Virus record (IMG/VR): IMGVR_UViG_3300042376_000206 | Strand: one strand, 5' to 3' | DNA: 63,823 nucleotides | Source: a virus | Part shown: positions 23,952 through 34,900 of the stretch, one piece after another | Position numbering within the stretch: position 1 is the stretch's first letter | Layout: every line of letters starts with the position of its first letter | Position numbers and translations under genes: made by a program | The notes under the pieces: model-generated | What the model was told of the DNA's origin: nothing | Database searches by the model: none | The model's input: the letters and a program-made list of their open reading frames with translations, nothing else

Positions 23952-24341
23952 ATGACAGACAACACCATCCCACTCGACAAACTAGCCCGCATCTACGTGA
24001 AGATGCGCGCTGCCATGCAAGACCTCGACAAGCAGATCGAGACGATCAAGGCTCAGCAGCAGGAAGTGAAGAACGCCATGAAGGATCAGATGATGGCGCT
24101 CGGCACCAAGTCTGCCCGCACTGAGTTCGGAACGATCACGCTCAAGGAAAAGTCCCGGTTCTACACCCAGGACTGGGACAGCTTCAAGAAGTTCGTCGTC
24201 GAACACGACGCCGTTGACCTCTTGGAGAAGCGCATCGCGCAACTCAACATGCAGACGTTCTTGGAAGAGAACCCCGACCTGCATCCCCCTGGACTCAGCA
24301 GCCTTGCTGAGTTCGACATCTCTGTAACCAAGCCCCGCTAA
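23952..24341 (+). CDS. hypothetical coiled-coil protein of the recombination/replication module
   Basis: ATG at 23952 after AGGAGAAGC. Helical N-terminal half. Lies directly upstream of the SSB-like gene. Confidence 0.7.
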   Translation: MTDNTIPLDKLARIYVKMRAAMQDLDKQIETIKAQQQEVKNAMKDQMMALGTKSARTEFGTITLKEKSRFYTQDWDSFKKFVVEHDAVDLLEKRIAQLNMQTFLEENPDLHPPGLSSLAEFDISVTKPR

Positions 24342-24352
24342 GGAGAAACAAC

Positions 24353-25264
24353 ATGAGCAACGTAGCTCTTTTTTCTGGTTCCAATGTTCCCGCCTTCGCC
24401 AAGAAAGGCGAACTGTCTGACATCGCCAAGTCCCTCGCTGGTGGCGGCGGTGGTGGCGGCAAGCGCATCTCGATCAAGGGCGGTGTGTTCCGCCTGTTGG
24501 TCGGCGGCAAGGAGGTGGCTTCGATTGACGAACGCTACCTCGATGTTGTGATCGTCAACGCCGCTCCCAAGATCGGGCGCACCTTCTACGCCAAGTCCTA
24601 CGACGGTGAGACGCCTGCGGCTCCTGACTGCTGGTCTGCCGATGGCGAGACGCCTAGCCCCGACGCCGCCAACAAGCAGTCGGATCGTTGCGCCAACTGC
24701 CCCCAGAACGTCAAGGGCTCCGGCATGGGTGAGTCCCGCGCCTGCCGCTTCTCGCAGCGTCTGGCTGTAGTCCTGGCCAACAACCTCGAAGGCGACGTGA
24801 TGCAGCTTCAACTGCCTGCCACGTCCATCTTCGGCAAGGAAGAAGGCGACAAGCGCCCCCTGCAAGCCTACGCCCGCTACGTGGTGGCCAATCAGGCAAG
24901 CCCTGAGATGATGGTCACCCGCATGCAGTTCGATACCAAGGCTGAGGCGCCCAAGCTGTTCTTCAAGCCTGTGCGTTGGCTCGACGAGAGCGAGTACGAG
25001 GTGGCGGTCAAGCAGGGTCAGACCGATGACGCCAAGCGTGCCATCACCATGACCGTGGCCAAGACGGACAATGTGGCTGCACCGGCTCCCCTGGCCCTGG
25101 AAGGCGCTAAGCCCAAGGCCACCAAGAAGCCCAAGGCTGAGCCTGCGGTGGAGGCAGAGGACGAGTCCGTAGAGCCGACCGTTCGCAAGGGCAAGTCGGA
25201 TGAACCCCCTGCCGCAGGCAAGTCATCTTTGGCTAAGCTGGCGGCTGATTGGGATGATGAGTAA
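24353..25264 (+). CDS. putative ssDNA-binding protein
   Basis: 303 aa. Gly7 run and a Cys cluster (PDCWSADG...RCANCPQN...SRACRF). Pro/Ala/Lys-rich linker and an acidic C-terminal tail ...LAADWDDE like SSB tails. The function is inferred. Confidence 0.45.
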   Translation: MSNVALFSGSNVPAFAKKGELSDIAKSLAGGGGGGGKRISIKGGVFRLLVGGKEVASIDERYLDVVIVNAAPKIGRTFYAKSYDGETPAAPDCWSADGETPSPDAANKQSDRCANCPQNVKGSGMGESRACRFSQRLAVVLANNLEGDVMQLQLPATSIFGKEEGDKRPLQAYARYVVANQASPEMMVTRMQFDTKAEAPKLFFKPVRWLDESEYEVAVKQGQTDDAKRAITMTVAKTDNVAAPAPLALEGAKPKATKKPKAEPAVEAEDESVEPTVRKGKSDEPPAAGKSSLAKLAADWDDE

Positions 25265-25271
25265 CAACTCC

Positions 25272-25289
25272 AGGGGGCTTCGGCCCCCT
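25272..25289 (+). terminator. hairpin AGGGGGC-ttcg-GCCCCCT (weak U-tract)
   Basis: Lies 8 nt after the stop at 25264. The same 18-nt hairpin sequence occurs after the capsid gene at 62089..62106. Confidence 0.5.
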
Positions 25290-25297
25290 TATTCAAC

Positions 25298-25579
25298 ATG
25301 TCCTACTCAGTAAAAACCCTTAATACCGTCAAGGCAGCGCCCAAGACGCTAGGCAATCAGCTTGGCCGATGGGCGGTTCACCTGGATTTTCCTGTGTCCC
25401 AAGTCTCCGAAATCACTGGCGCTTCGCGCCAGACGGTGTACAACTGGTTCACCGGCAAATCCACCGTGATTAACGGCTACCGACCAACCGTTGAGCGCCT
25501 GCTTCAGATTCTGATGAAGGCCCAAGACAAAGAACAAGCGTGGAGAAAAGCATGTCAGGAATTCAATATTCAAGCCTGA
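25298..25579 (+). CDS. HTH (XRE/Cro-like) DNA-binding protein
   Basis: 93 aa. VSQVSEITGASRQTVYNWFTGK is a classic helix-turn-helix. Confidence 0.75.
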   Translation: MSYSVKTLNTVKAAPKTLGNQLGRWAVHLDFPVSQVSEITGASRQTVYNWFTGKSTVINGYRPTVERLLQILMKAQDKEQAWRKACQEFNIQA

Positions 25580-25743
25580 GCGACGATGAGTTCGAGCGTC
25601 AGGTCTACATGACGATGGTCATGGGTGCACTGCCACCAGAGGTAGCCCAAGAGTTGGCCAAGCGCCAGACAACTGACCGAGAGAAGGAACGATCCGCTGC
25701 TTCGCTGAACCCCAAGCAACAACCCCTGCCCTTCAGCGAATAA
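25552..25743 (+). CDS. hypothetical protein (63 aa)
   Basis: ATG at 25552 after GGAGAA. The GTG at 25540 is also possible. Confidence 0.6.
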   Translation: MSGIQYSSLSDDEFERQVYMTMVMGALPPEVAQELAKRQTTDREKERSAASLNPKQQPLPFSE

Positions 25744-25756
25744 ACCGAGGAGTCCT

Positions 25757-28654
25757 ATGGAACCGCTAGAGTTCTTAGCGGCTGTCCTGCCGTCTCCCGG
25801 TCACGGGTATTACTGCGCGGCAGAACTCTCCTCCAAGAGAAAACAGCACGTCTTCATCGAAGACATCGCTGAGATGCGTCCGTACGTATCTCAGTGGTTG
25901 GAGGGTCAGCAGGACATCTACTTTGCGCTTGCGACGTTTGCCGATAAGGGCAGTCGCACCGCAGACAACGCTGAGTACATCAAGTCCTTGTTCATCGACA
26001 TGGATGGGTACGACAGCAAGGAAGCAGCACAGGAGGCACTGGATAAGTTCTTGGCAGACACCGGGCTCGACGCCTTTGGCAAGCCCTGGATCATCGCTTC
26101 AGGCGGCGGTCTGCACTGCTACTGGGCGTTCGACAAGCCCCTGACCGTAGGTGAGTGGAAGCCGATTGCTGAGACGTTCAAGCGTCTGTGCAAGGAGCGG
26201 TCACTGGCCATCGACAACACCGTCACGGCAGACGCCGCACGGGTGTTGCGTGTTCCTGGCACCAAGAACTTCAAGAAGAAGTACGGCGAGCCGCGCCCGG
26301 TGGAGGTGCTGGCTGAGGGCGACGCTCCTGTAAACCCACAGGAGTTCTTCGCCAAGCTGCGCGACCTGCTCGGAGACACAGCGCCAACCCCATACGCCCA
26401 AGGCATGAACCTGCCTGGGCAGCGCCCAGTCAACGCCACCAAGACGGGCGTGCAGATGCTGGCCAACACCATCGTGCGGTTCAAGCACATACTGGCTAAG
26501 ACGGGCGATGGCGACGGTTGCTTGCAGCTTGATCACTACGTCAACCACGCCAAGGATGACGGCATGGAGCCGCTGTGGCGGGGCTGGCTGAGTCAAGCCA
26601 AGTACTGCGCCGATGGCGAGAAGGCTTCGATCTGGCTGAGCCAACTCCACCCGTACGACGACGAGCGCATGCAGGCAAAGCTGCGCGAGATAAAAGGCCC
26701 CTATCCCTGCGTCAAGTTCGATAGCGAGAACCCAGGCGTGTGCCAGAAGTGCAAGCACTTCGGCAAGATCACCAACCCCCTGGCCCTGGGCCGGGAACTG
26801 GTGGCCGACAACTCCGAGAAAGAGGTCGAGATCAAGCCGAGCGACCCGGACGATCCCGAGGCACCCACCATCAAGGTGGTGCGCCCGACGCCTCCCAAGG
26901 GCTACGCATACGGCGCCAATGGCGGTGTGTATGCCGACCGGATCGTGGAGGAAGCAGACGGAACCAAGCGCAAGAAGCAGGTCATGATCCTGCCGTACGA
27001 CATGTTCGTGGTGGACATCCTGAACAAGGACAACGAGCACACCGTCCACATGGTGGCCAATCGCCCCAACGCTCCTGCCGACGTGCTGTTCGCTCAACGG
27101 GCGGTGGTCAGCAAGGACGAACTGCTCAAGTCCCTGGCGCAGCAGAACATCATGGCTGCGTTCGGCGCAGGCAACGACAAGAATCTGGTGGAGTACATCC
27201 GGGCCTGCGTGGAGGAGGCCAGCGTCAACAAACGCGCAATCAAGATTCCTCAGCAGTACGGGTGGCAGGAGGACAACTCCTTCGTCTACTCCGGGCGCAT
27301 CTTCTTTCCCGATGGCCGCACGCGCACCGTGCCGATGCCAGACCTGCAGAACCTGACACGCAACACGCGGGCAGCGGGCACACTGGAGGAGTGGCGCAGG
27401 TTCCCAGAACTGATGGTGCAGCGTGGGCTGTACGACCTCCTGGCCGTCTCTACTATGGCGTTTGGCGCACCGCTGATGCGCTTCACGCAGTTCGCTTGCT
27501 TGACCATCCATGCAGGCTCGACCAGTTCTGGTACTGGTAAGACGATGGCGATGAACCTGATCAACTCGGTCTGGGGGCATCCGACCCGGTACCGCACAGG
27601 CAAGTCCACCTCAGCAGTCACGATGCAGCAGCGCATCGGTAACCTGAACTCGCTGCCCTTCACCTCGGACGAGATCACACACAAGTCCCGGCAGGAGATG
27701 GAGTGGTTCCCTGGCCTGATCTTCGATCTGGCTGAGGGCCAGGGCAAGGAGAAGTCCGAAGCCCACCACAACCGAGAGCGCCTGAACCTCGTCTCCTGGG
27801 CGACGCAAGCCTACCTGACATCGAACACGCACATGCACGACTTCATGTCGGGCGTGCGCAAGCACACCTCCCAAGGTGAGTTGTTCCGCATGTTGGAGTG
27901 GACGCCCGAGGAGAAGCTCAACTGGACGCCGGAAGAGGAAGACATCCTGCGCCTGCTCAACACCAATCACGGGGTGGCGGGCGAGAAGTACGTCCGGTGG
28001 CTTGTGCAGAACCAAGACACCGCCCGCAAGGTGTTGGCCAAGACGCACGAACGCCTTAAGCGTGAGTGGGCGCTAACTGGTGAAGAGCGGTACTGGGGCA
28101 ATGGCTGTGCGTGTGATGTCGCCGGAGCAATCCTGGCCGGTTCCAACTACGCAGGCATCTTCGACTACCCCGTAGACGAGATCATCAACAGCTTCTTCAA
28201 GTTGGTGGAGAAGGCCCGCAAGGTGGTGCGCACCGGTTCGCGCAACGCCGAGGATGTTCTCAACGCCTTCACCCGTGACCACTACGGTCACTTCGTGGTG
28301 GTCAAGCGCAGCAACGGGTCGTTCATGGCGTCACTGGGTAACGGAGAGCCGGTTGATCAGTCAATCACGCGCAGTACCGTCATGGGACGCGTGGAGCATG
28401 GCATCGACAAGCCTGGGTTCGTGGACTACTTCATCGAGGAATCGGTGATGCGCTCACACTGCGTATCCATGTCCTACGGCTATGAAGACTTCAGGCGGCA
28501 GATAGCCACCATCGAAGGCTACAGCGTCAAGGTGCTGCGCAAGGACATGATGGCCAGGACCAAAGGCCCACAGATGCGGGTGCACGCGCTGTGCATCAGT
28601 CGCAGAGAAGAACTAGACAACAGTGCCGAAATACTTCCCGTGGGAGAAGATTGA
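25757..28654 (+). CDS. primase-polymerase / helicase fusion protein
   Basis: 965 aa. N-terminal AEP-like DxD (SLFIDMDGY). C-terminal P-loop HAGSTSSGTGKT and Walker B-like LPFTSDEI. Confidence 0.85.
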   Translation: MEPLEFLAAVLPSPGHGYYCAAELSSKRKQHVFIEDIAEMRPYVSQWLEGQQDIYFALATFADKGSRTADNAEYIKSLFIDMDGYDSKEAAQEALDKFLADTGLDAFGKPWIIASGGGLHCYWAFDKPLTVGEWKPIAETFKRLCKERSLAIDNTVTADAARVLRVPGTKNFKKKYGEPRPVEVLAEGDAPVNPQEFFAKLRDLLGDTAPTPYAQGMNLPGQRPVNATKTGVQMLANTIVRFKHILAKTGDGDGCLQLDHYVNHAKDDGMEPLWRGWLSQAKYCADGEKASIWLSQLHPYDDERMQAKLREIKGPYPCVKFDSENPGVCQKCKHFGKITNPLALGRELVADNSEKEVEIKPSDPDDPEAPTIKVVRPTPPKGYAYGANGGVYADRIVEEADGTKRKKQVMILPYDMFVVDILNKDNEHTVHMVANRPNAPADVLFAQRAVVSKDELLKSLAQQNIMAAFGAGNDKNLVEYIRACVEEASVNKRAIKIPQQYGWQEDNSFVYSGRIFFPDGRTRTVPMPDLQNLTRNTRAAGTLEEWRRFPELMVQRGLYDLLAVSTMAFGAPLMRFTQFACLTIHAGSTSSGTGKTMAMNLINSVWGHPTRYRTGKSTSAVTMQQRIGNLNSLPFTSDEITHKSRQEMEWFPGLIFDLAEGQGKEKSEAHHNRERLNLVSWATQAYLTSNTHMHDFMSGVRKHTSQGELFRMLEWTPEEKLNWTPEEEDILRLLNTNHGVAGEKYVRWLVQNQDTARKVLAKTHERLKREWALTGEERYWGNGCACDVAGAILAGSNYAGIFDYPVDEIINSFFKLVEKARKVVRTGSRNAEDVLNAFTRDHYGHFVVVKRSNGSFMASLGNGEPVDQSITRSTVMGRVEHGIDKPGFVDYFIEESVMRSHCVSMSYGYEDFRRQIATIEGYSVKVLRKDMMARTKGPQMRVHALCISRREELDNSAEILPVGED

Positions 28655-28916
28655 GCGAGGGCAGGGGTTCTTCATCCCTGCCCTTGATCTCGAAGCCATG
28701 CGTGAAGCAGGGTTGCGTGCGGCTGTGCCTTTGAAGCTGAAGGATGCACGGGCGCTGCCGTGCATCCACCAGGGGTTTATCGGGCTTCTATTCTTCCGAG
28801 CGTGTCCCGCACAGAAGAAGCGACCAGTATCTTCGCCTGACGCAGATCATCCAGAAGATCACGCTTCTCCTGAGATGTCAGAGTACTACCGCGAACCTGA
28901 CGCTCCGCCTTCGTGA
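28623..28916 (+). CDS. questionable small ORF overlapping the convergent giant gene
   Basis: GTG start with no clear RBS. PWEKIERGQGFFIPA... resembles a small phage protein pattern I recall only vaguely. The last 140 nt are antisense to 28777..38721, and a 9-bp hairpin lies inside it. Confidence 0.3.
   Translation: MPKYFPWEKIERGQGFFIPALDLEAMREAGLRAAVPLKLKDARALPCIHQGFIGLLFFRACPAQKKRPVSSPDADHPEDHASPEMSEYYREPDAPPS
28658..28684 (+). terminator. hairpin at the convergent junction (candidate early-arm terminator)
   Basis: AGGGCAGGG-gttcttcat-CCCTGCCCT followed by tgatct. Lies 4 nt after the primase-helicase stop. Confidence 0.4.
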
Positions 28917-31900
28917 TCTCGCCGATCTGTTGCCGGAAGGTGCCAGACAGCGACGCCAATTGAATCTTCTCCAGGTTGTCGCGCAAGTAAGCGTCGGCCC
29001 TGGCCAGTTCGCCCTTCTCCACAAGCCCTTCGTAGGTTTCCTTGGCGGCGGTGTAGTCCTTGAGCCGCTCGAACGTGTCGTCGATGATGCCTGCTGCGTC
29101 CTTGGGCTGGAACAGCGTACCCACCAGCGGCATCTGAGACATGCGCTTCTCGGGCAGATCTGTCTCCGGCGTAGGCAGCACCACGTTGGGAACCTGCATG
29201 AGCGCCATGCCCAGGCTACCGGTGTAGCCGCTGACCAGCGTCTCGATCTTGATCGGGGAGATGTTGAACAGCCGTCCCAGGAGTTTGGCAGTCTCGGAAG
29301 TGTTCTCCCGATAGCGTGCCCAAGGCTCCTGCATCTGCTCAGCAGCAGACTCCAGATCGCGCCCTGTGAAGAAGGACTTGCCCAGGCCCACCTCGATCAA
29401 CGGCTTGAACGCAGCGGGGACGCCGTAGTTGCCGCCACCAGGAATCATGTTGCGGATGATGCCCTTGAGCGCATCAACCGCCTCATCAGCACCACGCTCA
29501 GCGTAGATGCCGTTGATGAGCGCCTCGGGCAGCGCCTTGAAGATGTAACCCAGTTCAAACGGGATGGGTACGCGCAACTTCTCATCGAAGCCAGGAATCG
29601 GTACAAACCAGTTGTTGTACTTCTCATCGGGCCGAGCGTTCTTGTACGTCTCGTCGTCCTGCATGGCCATCGCGTACATCATGGACATACCGGCAAGCAT
29701 CGTGCCACGAGCGATCAGCTTCTCCTTGATCTGCAGCCGCTCGTTCATCGGCATCTGGCCACGCAGTGAGCGATACAACACGTCGAGCGACTGAATTTGC
29801 GCATTCATGAACGGAATCAGCGTGGTCAGCAACTGCACGCTCGGGTCGATACCGCGCCGTGCAAAGTTCATCGACTCCAGCGCCATGAAGGTGGCTTCCA
29901 TTTCGGACAGCCCCTGGTTGATGTAGCTCTCGTACTGGGCGCGGCGGGTGGCGGCATCGGCCTCCATCGACATCGCTTCCAGTTTGGAGAACGCCTTGGC
30001 CCAGCCCGGACGACCTTCTTGCATCTCACGCAACAGACGCGCCTTGTCCTCAGAGGTTCCCGTGAAGACCTGCCCACCCGTGATGCCACGCCTGTCTACG
30101 CTACTGGCTCTGCCAATTTGCTGCAGAGCGCCGAGCACTGGGGGTGCGTTGGAGCCGCTGGCCATGTAGGAGGACAGCGAGTCACGGAACAACTGCCGAC
30201 CTGCGTAGACGGGCGATGCGGTGATCGCACGGCGCAGGAACCGGGCGGGGATGCCCATGAGTTCAATCGCTTGGGGGAACATAGTCGGGATACCGGCCAG
30301 ACCCTTGGTCAGCAGTTCAGACGGGATGCCGATGTGGTCGGTATCGACGATGGCAAACCAGTCCTCACCATCAATCTTGAACTCGACCGCCCCCTGGGGA
30401 GCGCCTCTCTTGCCTGCCTTCCTGATCTTGGCCAGTCCAACAGACGCCATCTCCCACATCGCGTTCTTCACGGCGATGTTGCGCATGGCCATGTCAATCA
30501 GCATCGACGTGTTCTGCACGCTGCTGTCGAGGAAGTTGAAGATCGGCTCTTCGCCACCCACCAGTTCTTGCAGGTGCGGGCTGTCCTTGAGGTTGCCGAT
30601 GCGAACAGGCGTCAGGCCACCAATCATCAGTTCGGCAACGCCGTTGCGCACGCGGTAGTACGGGATGTAGTCCTTCTCCTTGAGCAAGCGGTCGGCTTCT
30701 TCCTTGCTCATCGCGCTTGTCTGCACCATGAACCGCAGCAGGTTCTGGTTGTACTCGTTGTACATTTCGCGGACGTCAGCAAACGCTTCCTTGAGTGTGG
30801 GGTTGGCCTCAATCTCAGCAAACGCGCTCTTGATGTCGGCCTCGGTGGGCAGCGAATCAATGGTCTTCCGCAGGTGCGCTTCGCGCTGCTTGACGCGAAT
30901 CTTGTCGTCTGCCGACAGTTTGCCGCTGGCCAACTCCTGCTCAATCTCTTTCAGTTCCGCTTCAGCCGCCGCACGTCCAAAGTTCAGCTTGTCGTAGCCC
31001 TTGTTGTCGGCACGCAGCTTGGCCAGATACAGGGTAGACAGGCGGTTGGCAGCATCGGCGCTGCCTGCTGCCTTGACGACATCCTTTCGGCTCAGGCGCT
31101 CAACAATCTGCTTGATGCTCACACCAGGCACCGACTCGATGATCCACTCGGTGCCACCATCCCGGCGCTTCTTCTCCATCAACTGCGGCACGCCCTCGGA
31201 CAGCGACAGCGACGTGAAGTTCATCCGCATGCCGTACATCCGCAGGTAGTACATCATCTGCATACCCTTGACAGCGTCACCCACCATCCCAGACACCTTC
31301 TCCAGGGGGGCAAGCGCATCAAGGAAGCGGGTGCGGAACCCCAGGCCCAGCATGCTCTGCTTGAACTTGGCGTAGGTGCTGGGCGACTGCGAGATCATCT
31401 TGTCGGCAGTCAGACCCGCGCCTTCCATAGCCGCGTTGTACTTGGGCGCACGAGAGAAAAGGATTTCGTCTGCCTGCCCAACACGGTCTATGTTTGCGGC
31501 AACGATAGTCGGACCTTCTGCCTTGTCGCCAAAGTCCACGTAGTTGAACCGAGCATCCGTGTCGGTGACCTTGCCACTACGCGCCGCCCGGTCAAGATAC
31601 TTGTGTCCTGCAATCCCATGCTTAAAGAGCCACATGGATGCGTCTTTTGGAGTCAGCCCGTTATTCCTAAAGACGCTTTCAAGCTCCGAAATAAAATCTT
31701 GCTTTGTCTTGCCAGAATCAAACACCGCCTGAAGTTTGGTGGTAAACAAATAGTTTGGGCGCTTAGGGAGCCCAGCTTTTGCAGCCTCTGTCAGCAACCT
31801 TGCGTCATCCGCGTCAATGCGCGCTGTTCTCTTTGGTGTCGGCACATCGCCCAGCGCATTTGCCACCGCATTCTTGACATACTCATTCTGATCCTTCAAC

Positions 31901-34900
31901 GGAAGGTCGAGCATGTAGTACTCGCTCTCAGGGCGCACGCCCAAGACGCGCTTCATTACCCCTTTGGGGCGAGGGACGGGCGGCTCTGTAACATTGGCTC
32001 CGCCAAGCCTATTAACATCAATCTGGTTAAGTGCTTCAAGTTCGGCTGTGTATTCTTCAATCTGTTTTTTCCAAAAATCCCTATTCTTTTTATTGCCGCC
32101 CATAGCGCCGTACTTTTTGGCGTCAGCAATTTCTGTTTTGGCTTCTTCTTTACTCTTCTTCAACCTTTCAACAAAAAGTGCGCGGAGGTCTGCTCCCGGT
32201 TTAGCTCCGTAAATATCAAGCAGGACGCGCCCCACCGCTTTTTCATAGGGGTCTTTAGAACCATATAGCTCGGTGTCGGTCTTGCCGTCATAAGTGAGCT
32301 TGGTTGTAACGCCATCGAAAATAAAGTCTGCTACTTTATCTCTAAGCGCAGGTTTTGAAATAGCGCCTTTTATGCGCGCTGTCGGAGTGTTGTATAGGCT
32401 AAGTTTTGCAAGCACGTCTGCATCTGCCAAGTCCATATACGCGGCAAGATCACTTATCTCTTCCCCAGTAAGTGCGCTCAACCCCGCCTTATCAATCGCA
32501 TCCTTGGCTTTTTTGAAGCCTGCAGCGTCGTAGCCGTACTCAAAGAGCGTCCCCGCAGCATCAAAAGAATCAAGTTCGGTGGCCCCATCGTCGATGTACG
32601 GCTTGTACTCCATAAGATGGAACAGGTCGCTGGCTGTCAGTCCGTTGACTTTGTGCCGCTGAGACTCCCACCACGCTTTGATCTTTGGGCTGTTCCGCCA
32701 GTCATCTAGCTGCTTCTCAGCTTCTTGCTGTTGGTAATGCTGCGCAGTGCTGTACCGCTGAGCGCGATACGTACCAAACCCAAACACCTGAGCGCCTTCA
32801 CCGGTGCCCATGAAGGAGTGGTCGAATTCCTTGAAGACCTTGCCAGTGCCGTGCCATGTGCCGCGCAGTTCCAGATGCGCTGCGCCGTAGGCCATATTGA
32901 CCAGATCGCCTACCTTGAGGTTTCCAGGGTTTACGCCAAACACACGCAGTGCCTGCATAAACTTATCCGCAATGGCCTTCAGCCAAGCGCGAACAACGCC
33001 ACCTTCCTTGGCCTCTGCATCAGGGCGAATGCCTGCCTTGACGGCTTCTTCGACAGCGTAGGCAATGATCTCATCATCCATCTGCGCAGCAGATGTCTTG
33101 GCTGCTTTAGCGCGCGCAATCGCAGCGCGGCCAATCCGGCCTTCAATCGTGTACTCCGGGCGCGTAGTCCAAGACTTGACGGCGTTCGCCAGACCCCGAT
33201 ACTGGGACTCACTGAACAGGTTGCGGAAGCCAATGTGCGCACCGACCTCGTGCAGCAGGATGGCCAGACCGTCGCCCTTGCCGATGTTGTTGGCGATCAA
33301 GTAAGCCGTAGGCTCGCCGCGTTTAGGCCCGTACACAAAGCCAACCGCATCGTCGGGAATCTTGTCCTTGAACTCAGGGTGAGCGGCGATCAGTTCGGCA
33401 AGGTTGTTGTAAATCTTGACCTTATCCGCACGCAAGCCCTTGATGCCAAGCGCCTTCTCCAACTCTTCACCCAGCGTCGCAGCAGTCTGCGGGTTGTTGG
33501 GTTTGCCTTTGGCCTTAGAGAAACGAATATCTTCGTTACCGATACGCACGGAGTCGAGCACATCCTCAACACCCTCGTACATATCCGCAATACGTTCAGC
33601 GCCTTTCTTCTCAGCAGCCATTGCCTCGAACGCGCCTTGCAGACGCTTGGTGCGTTGCGTCGAAGTTTCTTGCTTCTTAAAGCGGCTCTCTAGCACCCTA
33701 CGCTCATAGGGCGTGAGTTGCTGCATAGCCAGAACTGTGACCTGCTCATCAGACTTGAAAAGGCCCTCGCTACGCAGACGCTTTTTAACGTCGATCTCAA
33801 GGTCGCGGAGTTTTTCCGTCAGCGGACCTAGCAGTTCTTTCTCAGACCCAACGCCTTTACCCTTGAACGTAGTCTTCTGAGCTTTGCGAGCCTTGCGTTT
33901 TTCAGTGCGGCTCAACTCAGGCGTGCCCAGTTGCTCTTCGAGCATGGCGGCTTCGCGCTTAAGCTCAGCAATCTCACTGTTCAGACGTTCCTTGGTGGCG
34001 TCTGTGCGGGCGCGGCCAATCGCTGCTTCCTTCTCGGCAACTTCGTTGCCAATCTCAAGGATGCGATCTTCCAGTTCTGTTTCGCGCTCTTCCGCAGCCG
34101 CCTTGCGGGCGTCTGCCAATTTCTGGACTTCGTCTGCACGCTCACGCGCTTCAGCCGCCTGCTCCCGTGCAAGCTCTTCTGCGCTACTGATAGGCGTGAC
34201 ACGGCCCGCTTGCCTGCGAATACCCGGCAAGCCCAGCCCCGACATTGCGCGGCCAGTGCTGATGGTGGCTTCTTGCACAGCCTTACGCTGAGCCACAAGC
34301 TCCTTAGCGGCATCCTTCCGCTCCGCGCCTTGCAGGCGCTTGAGCTTGTCTTCTAGCTTCGTCAAGCGATCACGCTCAAACGTGACCCACTCATCGGCTG
34401 CAGCCTGGAGTTCAGACGACAGCACGAACCCACGCATGCCGGTGGTTTCAGCAGGCTCAATGTTTTGGCTTGGCTTCTCAAGCGCGGTGGCCAGATCGGC
34501 TTGCAGCTTTAGCAGAGCGTTTGTCTCTTCTGTGCGGATGACATCAATCAGCCGTACTGCATCCATGTCGCCTGCCGCCACAGCCGCAGCACGCTCCTTG
34601 CTCACCGCCTGCAGGCTTTGCAGTACCGCCGTGATTTCCTTCTGGAAGCGTTCCGTAATCTCCGCCATCTGCGCTTTCTTCAGCGCAGCCTGGAATGTTT
34701 CGCGGTAAACCTCGCGCTGCTTTTCAATCGCTTCCTGAGTCTCACCAATCTTTTGGTTGCGCTTAGCCTTGTCCTGGGCATCCTTAGCGTCCCAAGCCTC
34801 TTTTACATCGGCAAGCAGCTTTTTGCCGCGCTCCACCGCAGCACGGGCCTTCTTGACAGGCGGTGAGTTTTCAAAGTTGCGGGCAGTCGCACGGGCAAAT

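Noticed and set aside
26201-27580. A 459-aa minus-strand ORF inside the primase-helicase gene. Similar cases are 41949..43115, 46798..47922, 60408..61406 and 12833..13633.
   Set aside because: The same shadow-ORF reasoning applies. The opposite frames carry clear Walker or structural motifs and operon context.
29797-32268. An 823-aa plus-strand ORF, plus 28744..29769, 32725..33693, 37945..38865 and others, lying antisense to the giant gene.
   Set aside because: These are shadow ORFs of a GC-rich gene with strong third-position bias. They have Arg/His/Leu/Gly/Val-rich nonsense-like composition, no RBS, no motifs, and complete overlap with a well-supported frame.
33235-33252. HEVGAH as a canonical zincin HExxH active site.
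   Set aside because: The spacing is HExxxH, not HExxH. It is kept only as a candidate motif.
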